DNA from: Gammaproteobacteria bacterium
GTDB taxonomy: Bacteria; Pseudomonadota; Gammaproteobacteria; Pseudomonadales; UBA6940
Direction of reading: 5' to 3'
Length of the DNA stretch: 43,971 nucleotides
NCBI GenBank assembly: GCA_038135915.1
Contig: JAYPYM010000003.1
Span: 4,107-48,077 of the forward strand
Shown one piece after another: positions 17,958 to 27,536 of the stretch (position 1 is its first letter; each line of letters begins with the position of its first letter). Both the position numbers and the translations under genes were made by a program. The notes beneath the pieces were generated by a model that saw nothing but the letters and a program-made list of their open reading frames with translations, was not told where the DNA came from and made no database searches.

Positions 17958-19589
17958 CTACATTTCATCAGCTAAGTGAGCGAGATGCTCGTCGGGCACG
18001 ACAATTGCCTCGTAACCCAAGGGTAAAAAATCTTTTAGTTTGTCTGTTACTGCTTCGAACCGAAGACTAAGTTGTAAAAAGTGGTAGCAGCCCACCTCAG
18101 TACCATCTTCTGCACCATAACGAATCTCTGGCTCTGTCGCTGGATGCAATACACCACAACCTGGTTCCCCAAAGGTATCTGAAAAAAACCATAGTGGAGC
18201 GCGCGTATTGTGAAACTTTGCGTCTAGATTTAACGGCATTTGATCTGAATGAATACGAGAATATCGTATACATTGCTTATCCGGCGGCACCAATGTCAAA
18301 TGATCTTTCTGAATCAAACAAGTAAATAGCGTATCACTGGCTTGGAGAGATTCCACTAAACACTTTCTTAGCACCGTACAATATTCCAACCGAGCAAGGC
18401 TGGTTGCTGCCTGAATACTATGAAAAAGCGTATCTTTCGCATCAATCACAGGTTCTACCAAATGCCTGGGATCGTCACCAGCATATCGACTATGAACTTC
18501 AATATGTCTTACCGCACACCGATCCAGAGAAACTGTGCCAGAATCCACTTCCACGCTATTTTCCAACACCAATCCTGAAAAATGGTACCGACCCGCATCA
18601 GGAGAACCCACACCACTTCCTGGCACCTGACCAAGCTTAAAAATGCCTCGGATCTCTACAGGAAAAAATCGAGGCCCGCCTAGGTGCCGATTTTCAAATA
18701 CCAGCGTGCGATCTAACCGAGTGTAGAGTGTTACCCAATTTAGGAAGTTATCACTGGGCAGAATCTCCTTATCTAACCATTGCTGACGCCACTGAACTCG
18801 AGGAGCTTGTGATGAAAAAAACCCTTCTGGTTGCACTACATACAACAGAATCTTACGGGGATGATAGTGCCCTACTCGCCAATCGCTTGAACGTAAGTCA
18901 GGCGTTCGTTTTGAAACATCATCAAAAGTAGAGGCTTGAAACTCACCAGCCAAATCAATTCTTTGATGATTGCATGGAATACCATGAGGATACTGTTGAC
19001 GCCAGCGAACCGTTTTTCCTCGCACACTACTCACTTGGCTATTGGGGTGATGATCCTCATCAGCCACTGCTCGACTACCTAGCCGAAAATCTGGCGTAAC
19101 TGCTGGCAACCCAGGGTGCTTTGCCATATCAGAGAATATTGTTGGTTCAACAGTCTCATCTAATCCATAATAACTTTCGGGCAACAAGGGTTCGTCCAAT
19201 CTAGGGGTTTGCGCAATTCTCTGCCAGGCCTCTTGAACCACCACCTCCCACTGCCCAACTGCCTGAGCTACCTCATCCACTACGGTCCGAGTGCCTTTAC
19301 GCTGTCGCCAACGCACCGCATGATTGACCTCATCACGCTTACCTTCTATCAAAGGCGACACTAAGCGCGCATTCAATAAATCAGCAAAATAAGGCAACAG
19401 CCAAGGTTGTGATTCTTGTTCTTCACTCCCATCAGGAAAGTTATCAGCATAATACTGCCGCAGGGTTTGGTGAATTTTACCCAATAGGCTGTCAGCCGCA
19501 GTGAGATACTCTCGAGTATGGGCATTTTCATCTTTTAAACGAATATATTGCGGCAATACATCATAGAGTTTTAAACCAGGTTTAGCCAT
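17958..19589 (-). CDS. Baseplate/tail protein (P2 gpI-like N-terminus)
   Basis: LYDVLPQYIRLKD...PWLLPYFADLL...VRWRQRKGT; C-terminal beta-helix-like part ending KLKDFLPLG; directly follows baseplate J. Confidence 0.7.
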   Translation of the reverse strand: MAKPGLKLYDVLPQYIRLKDENAHTREYLTAADSLLGKIHQTLRQYYADNFPDGSEEQESQPWLLPYFADLLNARLVSPLIEGKRDEVNHAVRWRQRKGTRTVVDEVAQAVGQWEVVVQEAWQRIAQTPRLDEPLLPESYYGLDETVEPTIFSDMAKHPGLPAVTPDFRLGSRAVADEDHHPNSQVSSVRGKTVRWRQQYPHGIPCNHQRIDLAGEFQASTFDDVSKRTPDLRSSDWRVGHYHPRKILLYVVQPEGFFSSQAPRVQWRQQWLDKEILPSDNFLNWVTLYTRLDRTLVFENRHLGGPRFFPVEIRGIFKLGQVPGSGVGSPDAGRYHFSGLVLENSVEVDSGTVSLDRCAVRHIEVHSRYAGDDPRHLVEPVIDAKDTLFHSIQAATSLARLEYCTVLRKCLVESLQASDTLFTCLIQKDHLTLVPPDKQCIRYSRIHSDQMPLNLDAKFHNTRAPLWFFSDTFGEPGCGVLHPATEPEIRYGAEDGTEVGCYHFLQLSLRFEAVTDKLKDFLPLGYEAIVVPDEHLAHLADEM

Positions 19590-22392
19590 GATCAGCCTCC
19601 CATCCGATATCCAACCCCACTAGGCTTGTATTGAGGTAAATTAACTGACGGTCGGTAGGTGTGATTCGGCGAAGGCTACCGTCATCTGCAATGTAGGTAT
19701 CCTTAGGCGAAATAATTAACCCTTGCTCATCAACAAAGCCTTCTGGATTCATGTTTACCTCTACATTTTCCACACCTTCCACTTGTTCTATTATTTGATA
19801 GATACTAGCGCGATACAGTGATTCGCCTAAGGTTACTTTCTGTAAGCTCAAGGCATTCTTTAATGCAGCTTCTACCGCTGCCCTGACCAGTTCTCCATCA
19901 TAAGCTTGAGCATCTACTCGAATGGTCACTCGTAGATCTAAAAGAAGCGCCTGATATCGACTGACAGTCACCTCAACACCTGGACGAGAATATTTTGTTA
20001 GATAGTCACGCAAGCTATTTTGTAATTCGCCTAGATCTCCTCCCTCTGCAGGTACAAGGACGACTTCTACTCGATCTGTTGCACCCGGTATATCAGGTAA
20101 CGCAAAAGCCCTGGCTTGCCAAATACTACTTTGGCGTTGTGCAAGGTGCGCATAGTCGGAAACGGATACTGCTCGATCAAGTGACAATACTGATGCAGGA
20201 GCGAGCGTCTTCAATGACCTTGTATTTTCCATATCACCGCCACCCGTTGCTTGAACGGGTTGACATACGCCACCCACCAATGCATGGTTCTTTTTTAATT
20301 TATTCAGACTACCTGCAGATAAATTACCTTGCACGCCATTGCCAAAGCGCGCTTGGATAGTCACATTATTTATACCGGTGGGGAGCCGTTGCCCATGAGC
20401 ACCGTCACCAAAAGTGATTTCTAACGCTGCATCTTCATTAAGCTTTGTTTCAAAGAAGGTATCGGTGGCATTAGCATTACGCAGGCTATCCACCTGTTTC
20501 CAGCGACGATTATCAACACAAACTTCTATCGCTGCGCTGACACCACTGCTAAACTCACTATCCTGCTCAAAAGCTAAACCAGTTTTTTTGTAGGTGAAAC
20601 GCTGATTTTTTTTAACTCGATTCCCGTCACCTAAAACGTTCTTAGCACGCGTTTCACCATGACCTGCTTTGACTACATTACCATAAATCCAGGTGTCATA
20701 TTTAGGAAAGGTTTGGCCAGCCAAACTTGGCGTGACAATCAAGGTAGTCGTGCCTGAGATTGGATCAGTGGATAACACCTTAACAAGCGTAACCCTGGTC
20801 GCGCTAGTGCTGCTCACCACCCAGAGCATACGCCCAGTGACCAAGACTTCAGGCAAGTCATTCAATAGTAACGTCAGTTGACAGCTAGTATTTGTTGCAT
20901 CTGTAAAGGCTGGCGTCTCATTTTTATCATAAGACCGATGATGTAAGCTATCCGTAAAATGACCACTTGAATACTGCCAGACATCACCACCTAAACTATC
21001 AAGCATATCTAGCTCATAAAAACCATCTTTAGTGTCAACTGAATTCACTTGGTGACTGACCCAGTCTCCATCGGCATTGTGTAACAAAACCCAATCGTCA
21101 GTCAGTATGTCGCCGGGCTTACCTGGATATTGTAAAGCTGCAGGATGTATGTTAACTGCAGAAAAAGTTGAGGGCGAACCCTGTGGCAGGTAATATACTT
21201 CTGTTGCTAAATGATCCCATACATAGTGAAATAAATGATCAGAAGTAGCGTCACCGTCTGCATCCACGACATATTCGTAGTCTGGCGTAACCTCATTCAG
21301 GTCTTGGTCCCAAAGCGTATCAACTTCACGCTCTAGCGGTGCGACAAATACTTGGTAATGATCTCCATAGCTTTGCAAAGGGATACTCTGTGCCCTGAAG
21401 AATATTGGAGCACCAATTACACTAGCGTTAAGCTGAATCCGCTTTCCCTGTATCGCAATAACTTTTCTTGGATGCCAGCTTCCATCCATTTGGTAAGCTA
21501 ACACATCGCCTACAGCCACTAGCATATTGGGCTGGTCAACTTCGATCACAGTAGAACCATTCAGGTTTGGTGCTGAATCCCATTTAGGTGTCAAATGCAG
21601 CTGGATACCCGATTTTTTCCATATAGCACCAGAAAAATCCTTTTCAATAATGGTCAGGTCAATCGTATCTTGACTAAAATCACTGACCATGACAGCAACA
21701 TGATCTAACCCAAAAGACAGCACACCTCGATCACCCACTGAAATTCCTTTGGGTAAGACATGCTGATCAGGTATAGCATAGGTAAAGGTTTCACCTTTTG
21801 AAGGAATACTTAGCTCATCTACAGATTGATCGAATCCTGCTACCCTGAGTTGGTTAATACGATAATCTACCCTGATATCTTCTAAAGTTTCAAAGGTAAG
21901 AGGCGTACCTCCATCACCTGGTTGATTCTTTATTGCAAGCCCTTTTTCAACACTGCCTACAGCTTGGTTGTCAACTTTGGCCATTAAGGCGAGGTAAGTC
22001 TCAGCCGAAGCAGGCGGTGCCGGACGGTAATCCAACATACTCACCAAGCGCCGGACATTATCCCACTGGGTTGCAGTACGAATATAACGCTCATTAGCAT
22101 AGGCATTAATAGTCTGAGTCAGCACATGAGCAGCGCGTACAAAGCTCCGGATCATTTCCCACGCATAATCACGCCGCTCAGCAGTGTATTGCGCGATCAA
22201 GCGCTCAAGCCACGCTTGTTGATTTTTATCAGTGACGGCCTCTCCTAACCAGTTCAAGACAGCTGGTTCGCTAGCAAACTGAGTACGCAACGCTAAGCGC
22301 AAGTCTTCAAGATAGGTCGCCGCATTACCTTCTATGTAATCTAGTTGAGACAAACCTGCCCGATTCCACCGTGTTAAGTCTGACACACTCAT
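19582..22392 (-). CDS. Baseplate J-like wedge protein (Afp11/12-like)
   Basis: ANERYIRTATQWDNVRRLVSMLDYRP, FETLED, ITFGDGAHGQRLPTG, GGGDME, DRAVSVSDY. Start moved from 22425 to ATG 22392, which overlaps the upstream TGA (ATGA). Confidence 0.85.
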   Translation of the reverse strand: MSVSDLTRWNRAGLSQLDYIEGNAATYLEDLRLALRTQFASEPAVLNWLGEAVTDKNQQAWLERLIAQYTAERRDYAWEMIRSFVRAAHVLTQTINAYANERYIRTATQWDNVRRLVSMLDYRPAPPASAETYLALMAKVDNQAVGSVEKGLAIKNQPGDGGTPLTFETLEDIRVDYRINQLRVAGFDQSVDELSIPSKGETFTYAIPDQHVLPKGISVGDRGVLSFGLDHVAVMVSDFSQDTIDLTIIEKDFSGAIWKKSGIQLHLTPKWDSAPNLNGSTVIEVDQPNMLVAVGDVLAYQMDGSWHPRKVIAIQGKRIQLNASVIGAPIFFRAQSIPLQSYGDHYQVFVAPLEREVDTLWDQDLNEVTPDYEYVVDADGDATSDHLFHYVWDHLATEVYYLPQGSPSTFSAVNIHPAALQYPGKPGDILTDDWVLLHNADGDWVSHQVNSVDTKDGFYELDMLDSLGGDVWQYSSGHFTDSLHHRSYDKNETPAFTDATNTSCQLTLLLNDLPEVLVTGRMLWVVSSTSATRVTLVKVLSTDPISGTTTLIVTPSLAGQTFPKYDTWIYGNVVKAGHGETRAKNVLGDGNRVKKNQRFTYKKTGLAFEQDSEFSSGVSAAIEVCVDNRRWKQVDSLRNANATDTFFETKLNEDAALEITFGDGAHGQRLPTGINNVTIQARFGNGVQGNLSAGSLNKLKKNHALVGGVCQPVQATGGGDMENTRSLKTLAPASVLSLDRAVSVSDYAHLAQRQSSIWQARAFALPDIPGATDRVEVVLVPAEGGDLGELQNSLRDYLTKYSRPGVEVTVSRYQALLLDLRVTIRVDAQAYDGELVRAAVEAALKNALSLQKVTLGESLYRASIYQIIEQVEGVENVEVNMNPEGFVDEQGLIISPKDTYIADDGSLRRITPTDRQLIYLNTSLVGLDIGWEADHG

Positions 22393-23807
22393 CCCCGTTG
22401 GCCTCCATGCAATACTAGTCTCCAATAGCCGTACATGGGATTTCCTATTTGGTTATCACAGCGAGCAATTTCAGTATCATGAAGCTGAACAACACCTGAT
22501 CCAGACTCATCTGGATAACGATCTCCTACGCGTTTAAACCGGTTCAAACAAACAGTTTTCACACCTTCTAAAGACATCAGCTTCTCGATCAGGTCACTGG
22601 CATACACATCTTCTCCAAATGCCAACTGGCCTGGCTCGAAAAACCCACCCGGTTGCGTACTCATGGCTTCGCCAATGGCTTGACGCACCTCAGATTGAAA
22701 ATAAGTCGATGCCACTTGGACTGACAAGCTAATGCTCAACCCGATCGGTGTTGCATCACTCAACCAAACCTCCTGTCCCACCATACGATATCGTTCCACG
22801 TAGGCTTGGATAACACTTCGAAAACTTGGTTTAAGATGCCAATCAATACTGGGTAGCGCATGGCGCCAGTGAAAATTATCCACTTCATACTGCATCTGAA
22901 TGAACGCCTCCTCATTGAATAGCGCCTCAATTGGGCTATCCAATTGTCCATTTCCCCTCAGCACCATTACAATCTTGACGGTCGCCCATGAACCCGTCCA
23001 ATTTTGCCGACTAGTCGCCCTGAGCACCAAGGGATGATCCTCGGTACGTTCAGCATAATCTGACAAGGTAACCATTCGATGATTCGTATGAATCGCAGCG
23101 GGTCCCGCTTGTCGCGCACTGTCCATCAAATCCGTTTGTGCATACCAGGCTTTATCTAAAGCTTTTTCCGCAAATTCTCGATGCACGGGGATATCCAAAT
23201 TGAACGCTTCTCTAAGCGTATCTGCATCATAGCCAATCAGACTTAACCATTGTCGCTCAGTATCACGATCAGCCAAATTGGGATCAGGCCCCAACGCATT
23301 TGCAGGTTGGCCTAAAAAGACCAGCAAGCGTTGCAGCGTTGCCGGATCCATCAGGTCAAGGGTAAAATTCAACGCAGATACATCATAACCCCGATAGATA
23401 AGCAAATGCTTAACCAAGGAAGCATCAGACCAGCTCAACCGATAATGATGCCTGACTGCATCATATCCAATCAAGGATAAGAGCTTCCTGACACTTTCCG
23501 GCCTTCGAGCTGAATCCAAAAATGCCTCAGTATGCACACGATCTAAAGTATCAGATAATTGATCCAAAACAACAGCAAAAGCCTCGACAAAAATAACTTC
23601 TATATCTGCAGGCGTCCAATGGCGACGTTCAGGAAATCTGCCTGCTAGTTCCTCCAACATAGAAAGGCGAAAACCATCATAATCTCTAACGAACCAATCA
23701 AAGTCGTCACCAATATCAGGCATAGATTTAGGCAGCTGCACTTGTCTCTGACCACAATCACCACAACTGTCAGAAAAATAAAGTGAAGATTTAGGCGTGT
23801 TAGACAT
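22389..23807 (-). CDS. Baseplate J-like wedge protein (second paralog)
   Basis: RDYDGFRLSML, EAFLDSARRPESVRKLLSLIGYD, RMVTLSDY, FGEDVYASDL...LEGV. Confidence 0.85.
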   Translation of the reverse strand: MSNTPKSSLYFSDSCGDCGQRQVQLPKSMPDIGDDFDWFVRDYDGFRLSMLEELAGRFPERRHWTPADIEVIFVEAFAVVLDQLSDTLDRVHTEAFLDSARRPESVRKLLSLIGYDAVRHHYRLSWSDASLVKHLLIYRGYDVSALNFTLDLMDPATLQRLLVFLGQPANALGPDPNLADRDTERQWLSLIGYDADTLREAFNLDIPVHREFAEKALDKAWYAQTDLMDSARQAGPAAIHTNHRMVTLSDYAERTEDHPLVLRATSRQNWTGSWATVKIVMVLRGNGQLDSPIEALFNEEAFIQMQYEVDNFHWRHALPSIDWHLKPSFRSVIQAYVERYRMVGQEVWLSDATPIGLSISLSVQVASTYFQSEVRQAIGEAMSTQPGGFFEPGQLAFGEDVYASDLIEKLMSLEGVKTVCLNRFKRVGDRYPDESGSGVVQLHDTEIARCDNQIGNPMYGYWRLVLHGGQRG

Positions 23808-24202
23808 CAGACACCCCCTGACACTTCAAACTCAAGGGTTTCACTGTGATTCAATGCTGACAACCGATAGCCCACCTGAATCATTAAACGCTCTGGGAAA
23901 TCATCATCGGCCCGGACATCAATCTCTAAGTCCCGAGGAGCCACTTCTCCTTGCAAGGCATCAGAAAGGCTTGCCTGCAATCGTTGTTTGGTGATTTGCC
24001 AAAGTGGTGAGCCATTGGGTTCAAATACCAATGTCCGTATACCCGCGCCAAACTCTGGTCGGAACCAACGCTCGCCAGGGTCAGTAAATAAGACCTGCTC
24101 TATTTGATGTCGAATATGTGCAATACGCTGTGTAGTTTTTGCCCCTTCACGCCCAATTGAAAAGGGAAAGTCGGTGTACACAAATTGATTGAGTTTACTC
24201 AT
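23807..24202 (-). CDS. GPW/gp25 family baseplate protein (Afp9-like)
   Basis: FPF...IRHQIEQVLFTDPGERWFRPEFGAGIRTLVFEP; TGATG overlap with the next gene. Confidence 0.9.
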   Translation of the reverse strand: MSKLNQFVYTDFPFSIGREGAKTTQRIAHIRHQIEQVLFTDPGERWFRPEFGAGIRTLVFEPNGSPLWQITKQRLQASLSDALQGEVAPRDLEIDVRADDDFPERLMIQVGYRLSALNHSETLEFEVSGGV

Positions 24203-24214
24203 GAATGCCCCCTT

Positions 24215-25033
24215 CTAAGTGGCAGTGGTCTTCGTGGTTAAAGTTGACATCTCACCTTGAGGGATAGGCGGCGATGAAGGAGAACCCGGTGCAGTACAGG
24301 TATGCATGTGGGTGGCAAACAGCGTCAGGAAACTGGTACCTTTGATCAGAGGCTCACCGCCAGCGCCTCCCACAGCAACCTGACTACCATCAATGGTAAT
24401 CATTTGCCCCTTCACGTTAATCTGCCCAGCCGACATACTGATCTCATTACCGTTACTGTCTTTTATCAAGGTACCACTTGAATCCATCACCATACTGTTA
24501 CCATTTCCGTCTTTTAATTCCACGCTATTACTTGATGCATCCAAGGTTAACTGAGCATCATTGGTGTCGTTCAAGATAATAGTCCCGTTCTCGTCGATGT
24601 TTAACTCTGATCCAGCTTGATGACCAAGACGAATTTTTTCCGCCCCTTCCTCATCATCAAATTGCAACAAGTGCCCGCTAGCGGTTTTAATCAAGCGTGT
24701 AGTCGGCGGTGTCTTCTGTGCTTCACCTGGAACTGGCTCTGACGGTTGCCAAAAGACGCCAACCCAAATTGGCAAATCCTTATTGCCTTCTTCAAATTCA
24801 ATCCAAACTTGTGCGCCTAACTCGGGTACCATAAACAACCCTTGCTCGGCTAGACCACCAAATGGAGAGCAGGGCAATGCCCAATAGGTCTCTTGCTGAC
24901 CAAAAACAGAAGGAACTCTGACACGCACACGTCCTCTCTGCTCTGGATCTTCGTTATCAACGATAAAGCCACGGTATTTACCATAATATCGCTGTTGTAC
25001 TTGACGAACTGTTTGTTCTAATACGTTTGTCAT
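24215..25033 (-). CDS. Central spike, baseplate assembly protein V / gp5 OB-fold + beta-helix with HxH apex
   Basis: YYGKYRGFIVDNEDPEQRGRVRVRVP...WALPC...VPELGAQVWIEFEEG...PIWVG; D.NGN beta repeats; THMH. ATG 25033 (AAGGA upstream) preferred over 25075. Confidence 0.88.
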   Translation of the reverse strand: MTNVLEQTVRQVQQRYYGKYRGFIVDNEDPEQRGRVRVRVPSVFGQQETYWALPCSPFGGLAEQGLFMVPELGAQVWIEFEEGNKDLPIWVGVFWQPSEPVPGEAQKTPPTTRLIKTASGHLLQFDDEEGAEKIRLGHQAGSELNIDENGTIILNDTNDAQLTLDASSNSVELKDGNGNSMVMDSSGTLIKDSNGNEISMSAGQINVKGQMITIDGSQVAVGGAGGEPLIKGTSFLTLFATHMHTCTAPGSPSSPPIPQGEMSTLTTKTTAT

Positions 25034-25108
25034 GACTCTATACTTTTCCTTAAGCGACCCTAACATCTGGAGCAACGCGCTACATAATCGGTGAACGAAG
25101 TCGCCGCT

Positions 25109-25142
25109 GACTTTATATCTCTGCCGACTTTATATCTCTGCC
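25109..25142. repeat. 17-bp perfect tandem repeat x2 (GACTTTATATCTCTGCC)
   Basis: Read directly: 25109-25125 and 25126-25142, between hub and spike genes. Confidence 0.9.
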
Positions 25143-25146
25143 GATT

Positions 25147-26274
25147 TTAAACTACCGACGATAAAGGATTAGACATGCTACCTAAATCATCTCCAGTTGC
25201 ATTACGTACGACTTCAAATGTCTGCTTATAACCGTTTGCATCAAATTTATGCGTTACTTTGGTGACATACCATCGACCTGCATAGCGCTCACCAACCCCA
25301 TCAACACCAACTGGATCACCAGGTAATAGAACGTGCCCATAAATGACGCCATCAAGCTCGCCATTTGCCTTTATTTTCAGGGAGGCTTCATTGGCCTGAG
25401 CCTGGGCACGCTGTTGCGCTTGAGCATCACTACTCAGGCCCTCGCGATTCAATCTCCAAGCAAACTCGCCCTCTCCACCACTGGTGCTATCAATACGTTG
25501 AGTACCCAGCGCAGGCCAATCAGGCGATACGCTGGTTTCTTGCGTTTCGTCACCATCATCTGTGGCAATCTCATAAACCACAGCATCAGGGTGATGACCA
25601 TCATCATCCAGCTCGAACCGAATACAGGAGGTATGCGTTCCACCGTAAACCAAAATTGAGGGCTGAGGACTACGATCAAAACGTGGCTCACCGAAATAGA
25701 GGGCGCCTTCTCGAAAAAATAGATCATAGGCACTTTCTTGCGCTCGCTTAGCCAGAAATTTTATATCTGTCTCATTTTGCTGAACAACTAAATCCGTCAT
25801 ACCTTCTCCAGGCACATCTAGAAAGCTCAGGCCAGACTCCTGAATAATTTGGCTCACAATCTCACGATCAGTCACAGGAACTTCGTCACCCCAACGATGA
25901 TTACGCTGGCTGCGGTCTAACAACAAAGAAGTATCTTGACAGGTCAAGGTGACGGCTGCTGCACCCTTCTCTTCCGGAAAATCCACTTTCACTTGCCGAA
26001 TAAAACCTTGAAATATCTCATCTTCACGATCACCAAATGTCGCTGAAATCTGAATCGGTTTCCATGGGCGAATACGATCATCATCATGCACATTCCAATT
26101 TCCATCTTCTAATCGACGAGTTTCAAAGACTAGTGTTGCTTCAGCCGCTTCACGATGCAGCAACATAGCATTTGCCTCCACTAAATTCGGATAAAGATCA
26201 GTAATTTCTTGACCGTCCACACGAACCACGCAAGCTGCTGGATCTCGGATTAGGTCGTCAAACCAGTTAAGCAT
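25147..26274 (-). CDS. Baseplate hub, phage late control D / gp27-like (N-terminal half of Afp8/VgrG)
   Basis: IFQGFI, QQNETDIKFLAKRA, LLPGDPVGVDGVGERYAGRWYVTKVTHKF. Confidence 0.88.
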   Translation of the reverse strand: MLNWFDDLIRDPAACVVRVDGQEITDLYPNLVEANAMLLHREAAEATLVFETRRLEDGNWNVHDDDRIRPWKPIQISATFGDREDEIFQGFIRQVKVDFPEEKGAAAVTLTCQDTSLLLDRSQRNHRWGDEVPVTDREIVSQIIQESGLSFLDVPGEGMTDLVVQQNETDIKFLAKRAQESAYDLFFREGALYFGEPRFDRSPQPSILVYGGTHTSCIRFELDDDGHHPDAVVYEIATDDGDETQETSVSPDWPALGTQRIDSTSGGEGEFAWRLNREGLSSDAQAQQRAQAQANEASLKIKANGELDGVIYGHVLLPGDPVGVDGVGERYAGRWYVTKVTHKFDANGYKQTFEVVRNATGDDLGSMSNPLSSVV

Positions 26275-26569
26275 CAGCAGTTTCCTTTGCCTGAGGGATC
26301 AGTATGACCTCCCCCACATAGTCAGGCCCTAATACATTATCTGCAAATAACAATCTCGGATTTGCATCTAATATTCGCCACCATAATCGGTTATCATTGT
26401 AATAATGTTGCGCGAGATGATCTAATCGATCCGTTTCAGTAACCGTATGCTCTATCATGCCTTCCAGCGTGCTCACTTGACGTGGACGAATACCGCGAAA
26501 CACGCCCAGCTCATTTTGAGGCTCAAAAAGCCTAAGATTTTTTCTATAGCGTGAATTTTTTAATAACAT
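26267..26569 (-). CDS. LysM-like / tail protein X (gp53-like) baseplate protein
   Basis: SRY...HTVTETDRLDHLAQHYYNDNRLWWRILDANP...GEVILIP; ATG 26569 preferred over the TTG at 26581. Confidence 0.85.
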   Translation of the reverse strand: MLLKNSRYRKNLRLFEPQNELGVFRGIRPRQVSTLEGMIEHTVTETDRLDHLAQHYYNDNRLWWRILDANPRLLFADNVLGPDYVGEVILIPQAKETADA

Positions 26570-26586
26570 ACAAAGCCCCAATTACA

Positions 26587-27252
26587 CTAGCCAAATATTT
26601 TACTCAGCACATTCGCTGCTCCTGAAGCGAAATTCATCGAAGCACCAACCGCCTGCCTTACTTTCTCAACTTTATAAAAGGGATTATTACCCTCAATGAC
26701 TTGAAAACTCAGATTCACGTTCGCACGATAGGGTTTGAGATTTGGCAAATGCGATACTTCTTCTACCTGCACACTGGTTAGAAACACAGGCAGGATATGG
26801 CTGCCCCATACCAATAGCAACACTGAAGGGTATTCATCTCTTTGAAAAGCACGCTCACCACCTAAACCTAATCCAGCCAACATCTGCATGCCGCCAGGAC
26901 CCTGTATTTTTGGCTCAACCATAGAACGTAATGTGTCTAGATCTGGCTCTATACCAAACTCATTAGCAATCGTATGCACAGGATGATTGGCATCGCCCAT
27001 ACGATCCGTTGCATCTACTAAAATGTCAATACTAAACTGCTCTGGATCTACACTCACACCCTGAGCAACACGACTGGTTTCCCACGGGAATGAAAAATCA
27101 TACCCCCCTCTGGTACCCGGCGCGTTACCCGTAGTGATAGACACTGAGCGTGTTCTGCTAAGCGACTGCGGATTAAATTCGAACTCCAATATGAGGGGCG
27201 GGACACTCAACCCATACTCTACTAACGCTCCTTTGGTCATGTTAGGAATCAC
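26587..27252 (-). CDS. CIS tube initiator (Afp7 N-terminal-like)
   Basis: FEFNPQSLSR, LLLVWG...PVFLTSV.....PYRANVNLSF; located just before LysM-like and hub genes. Confidence 0.8.
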   Translation of the reverse strand: MIPNMTKGALVEYGLSVPPLILEFEFNPQSLSRTRSVSITTGNAPGTRGGYDFSFPWETSRVAQGVSVDPEQFSIDILVDATDRMGDANHPVHTIANEFGIEPDLDTLRSMVEPKIQGPGGMQMLAGLGLGGERAFQRDEYPSVLLLVWGSHILPVFLTSVQVEEVSHLPNLKPYRANVNLSFQVIEGNNPFYKVEKVRQAVGASMNFASGAANVLSKIFG

Positions 27253-27257
27253 CGGTC

Positions 27258-27536
27258 TTACGCCCCCTCATCTTTCAGGCGAGAAGCCTGTTCAATTTGA
27301 ATTTTCGCACTACGGTATAATTGTTCTGCAACCTGGCGCGCAATAGACAAGTTTGTCTCTTGTTTAGAGAACGCCAAAGGCGGAACAATGAGATTGTTAA
27401 CTTGACCACTGGGCCAATCGAAATGCTTTAATTCAGCACGCAAGTGTTGAACAATCGCATGACGTCTAGAACCCAAGGATATTGGCAACTCTAAACTCAT
27501 ATGATCGATACTCAGTTTCATATCCAATCGCCTCAA
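27258..27536 (-). CDS. Small hypothetical eCIS protein
   Basis: Overlaps the ATPase stop; LSIDHMSLEL...IARQVAEQLY pattern; in operon. Confidence 0.6.
   Translation of the reverse strand: MRRLDMKLSIDHMSLELPISLGSRRHAIVQHLRAELKHFDWPSGQVNNLIVPPLAFSKQETNLSIARQVAEQLYRSAKIQIEQASRLKDEGA

Noticed and set aside
25109-25142. CRISPR array (also considered for 39562-39608)
   Set aside because: Repeats are adjacent with no spacers, too short and few; no cas genes.
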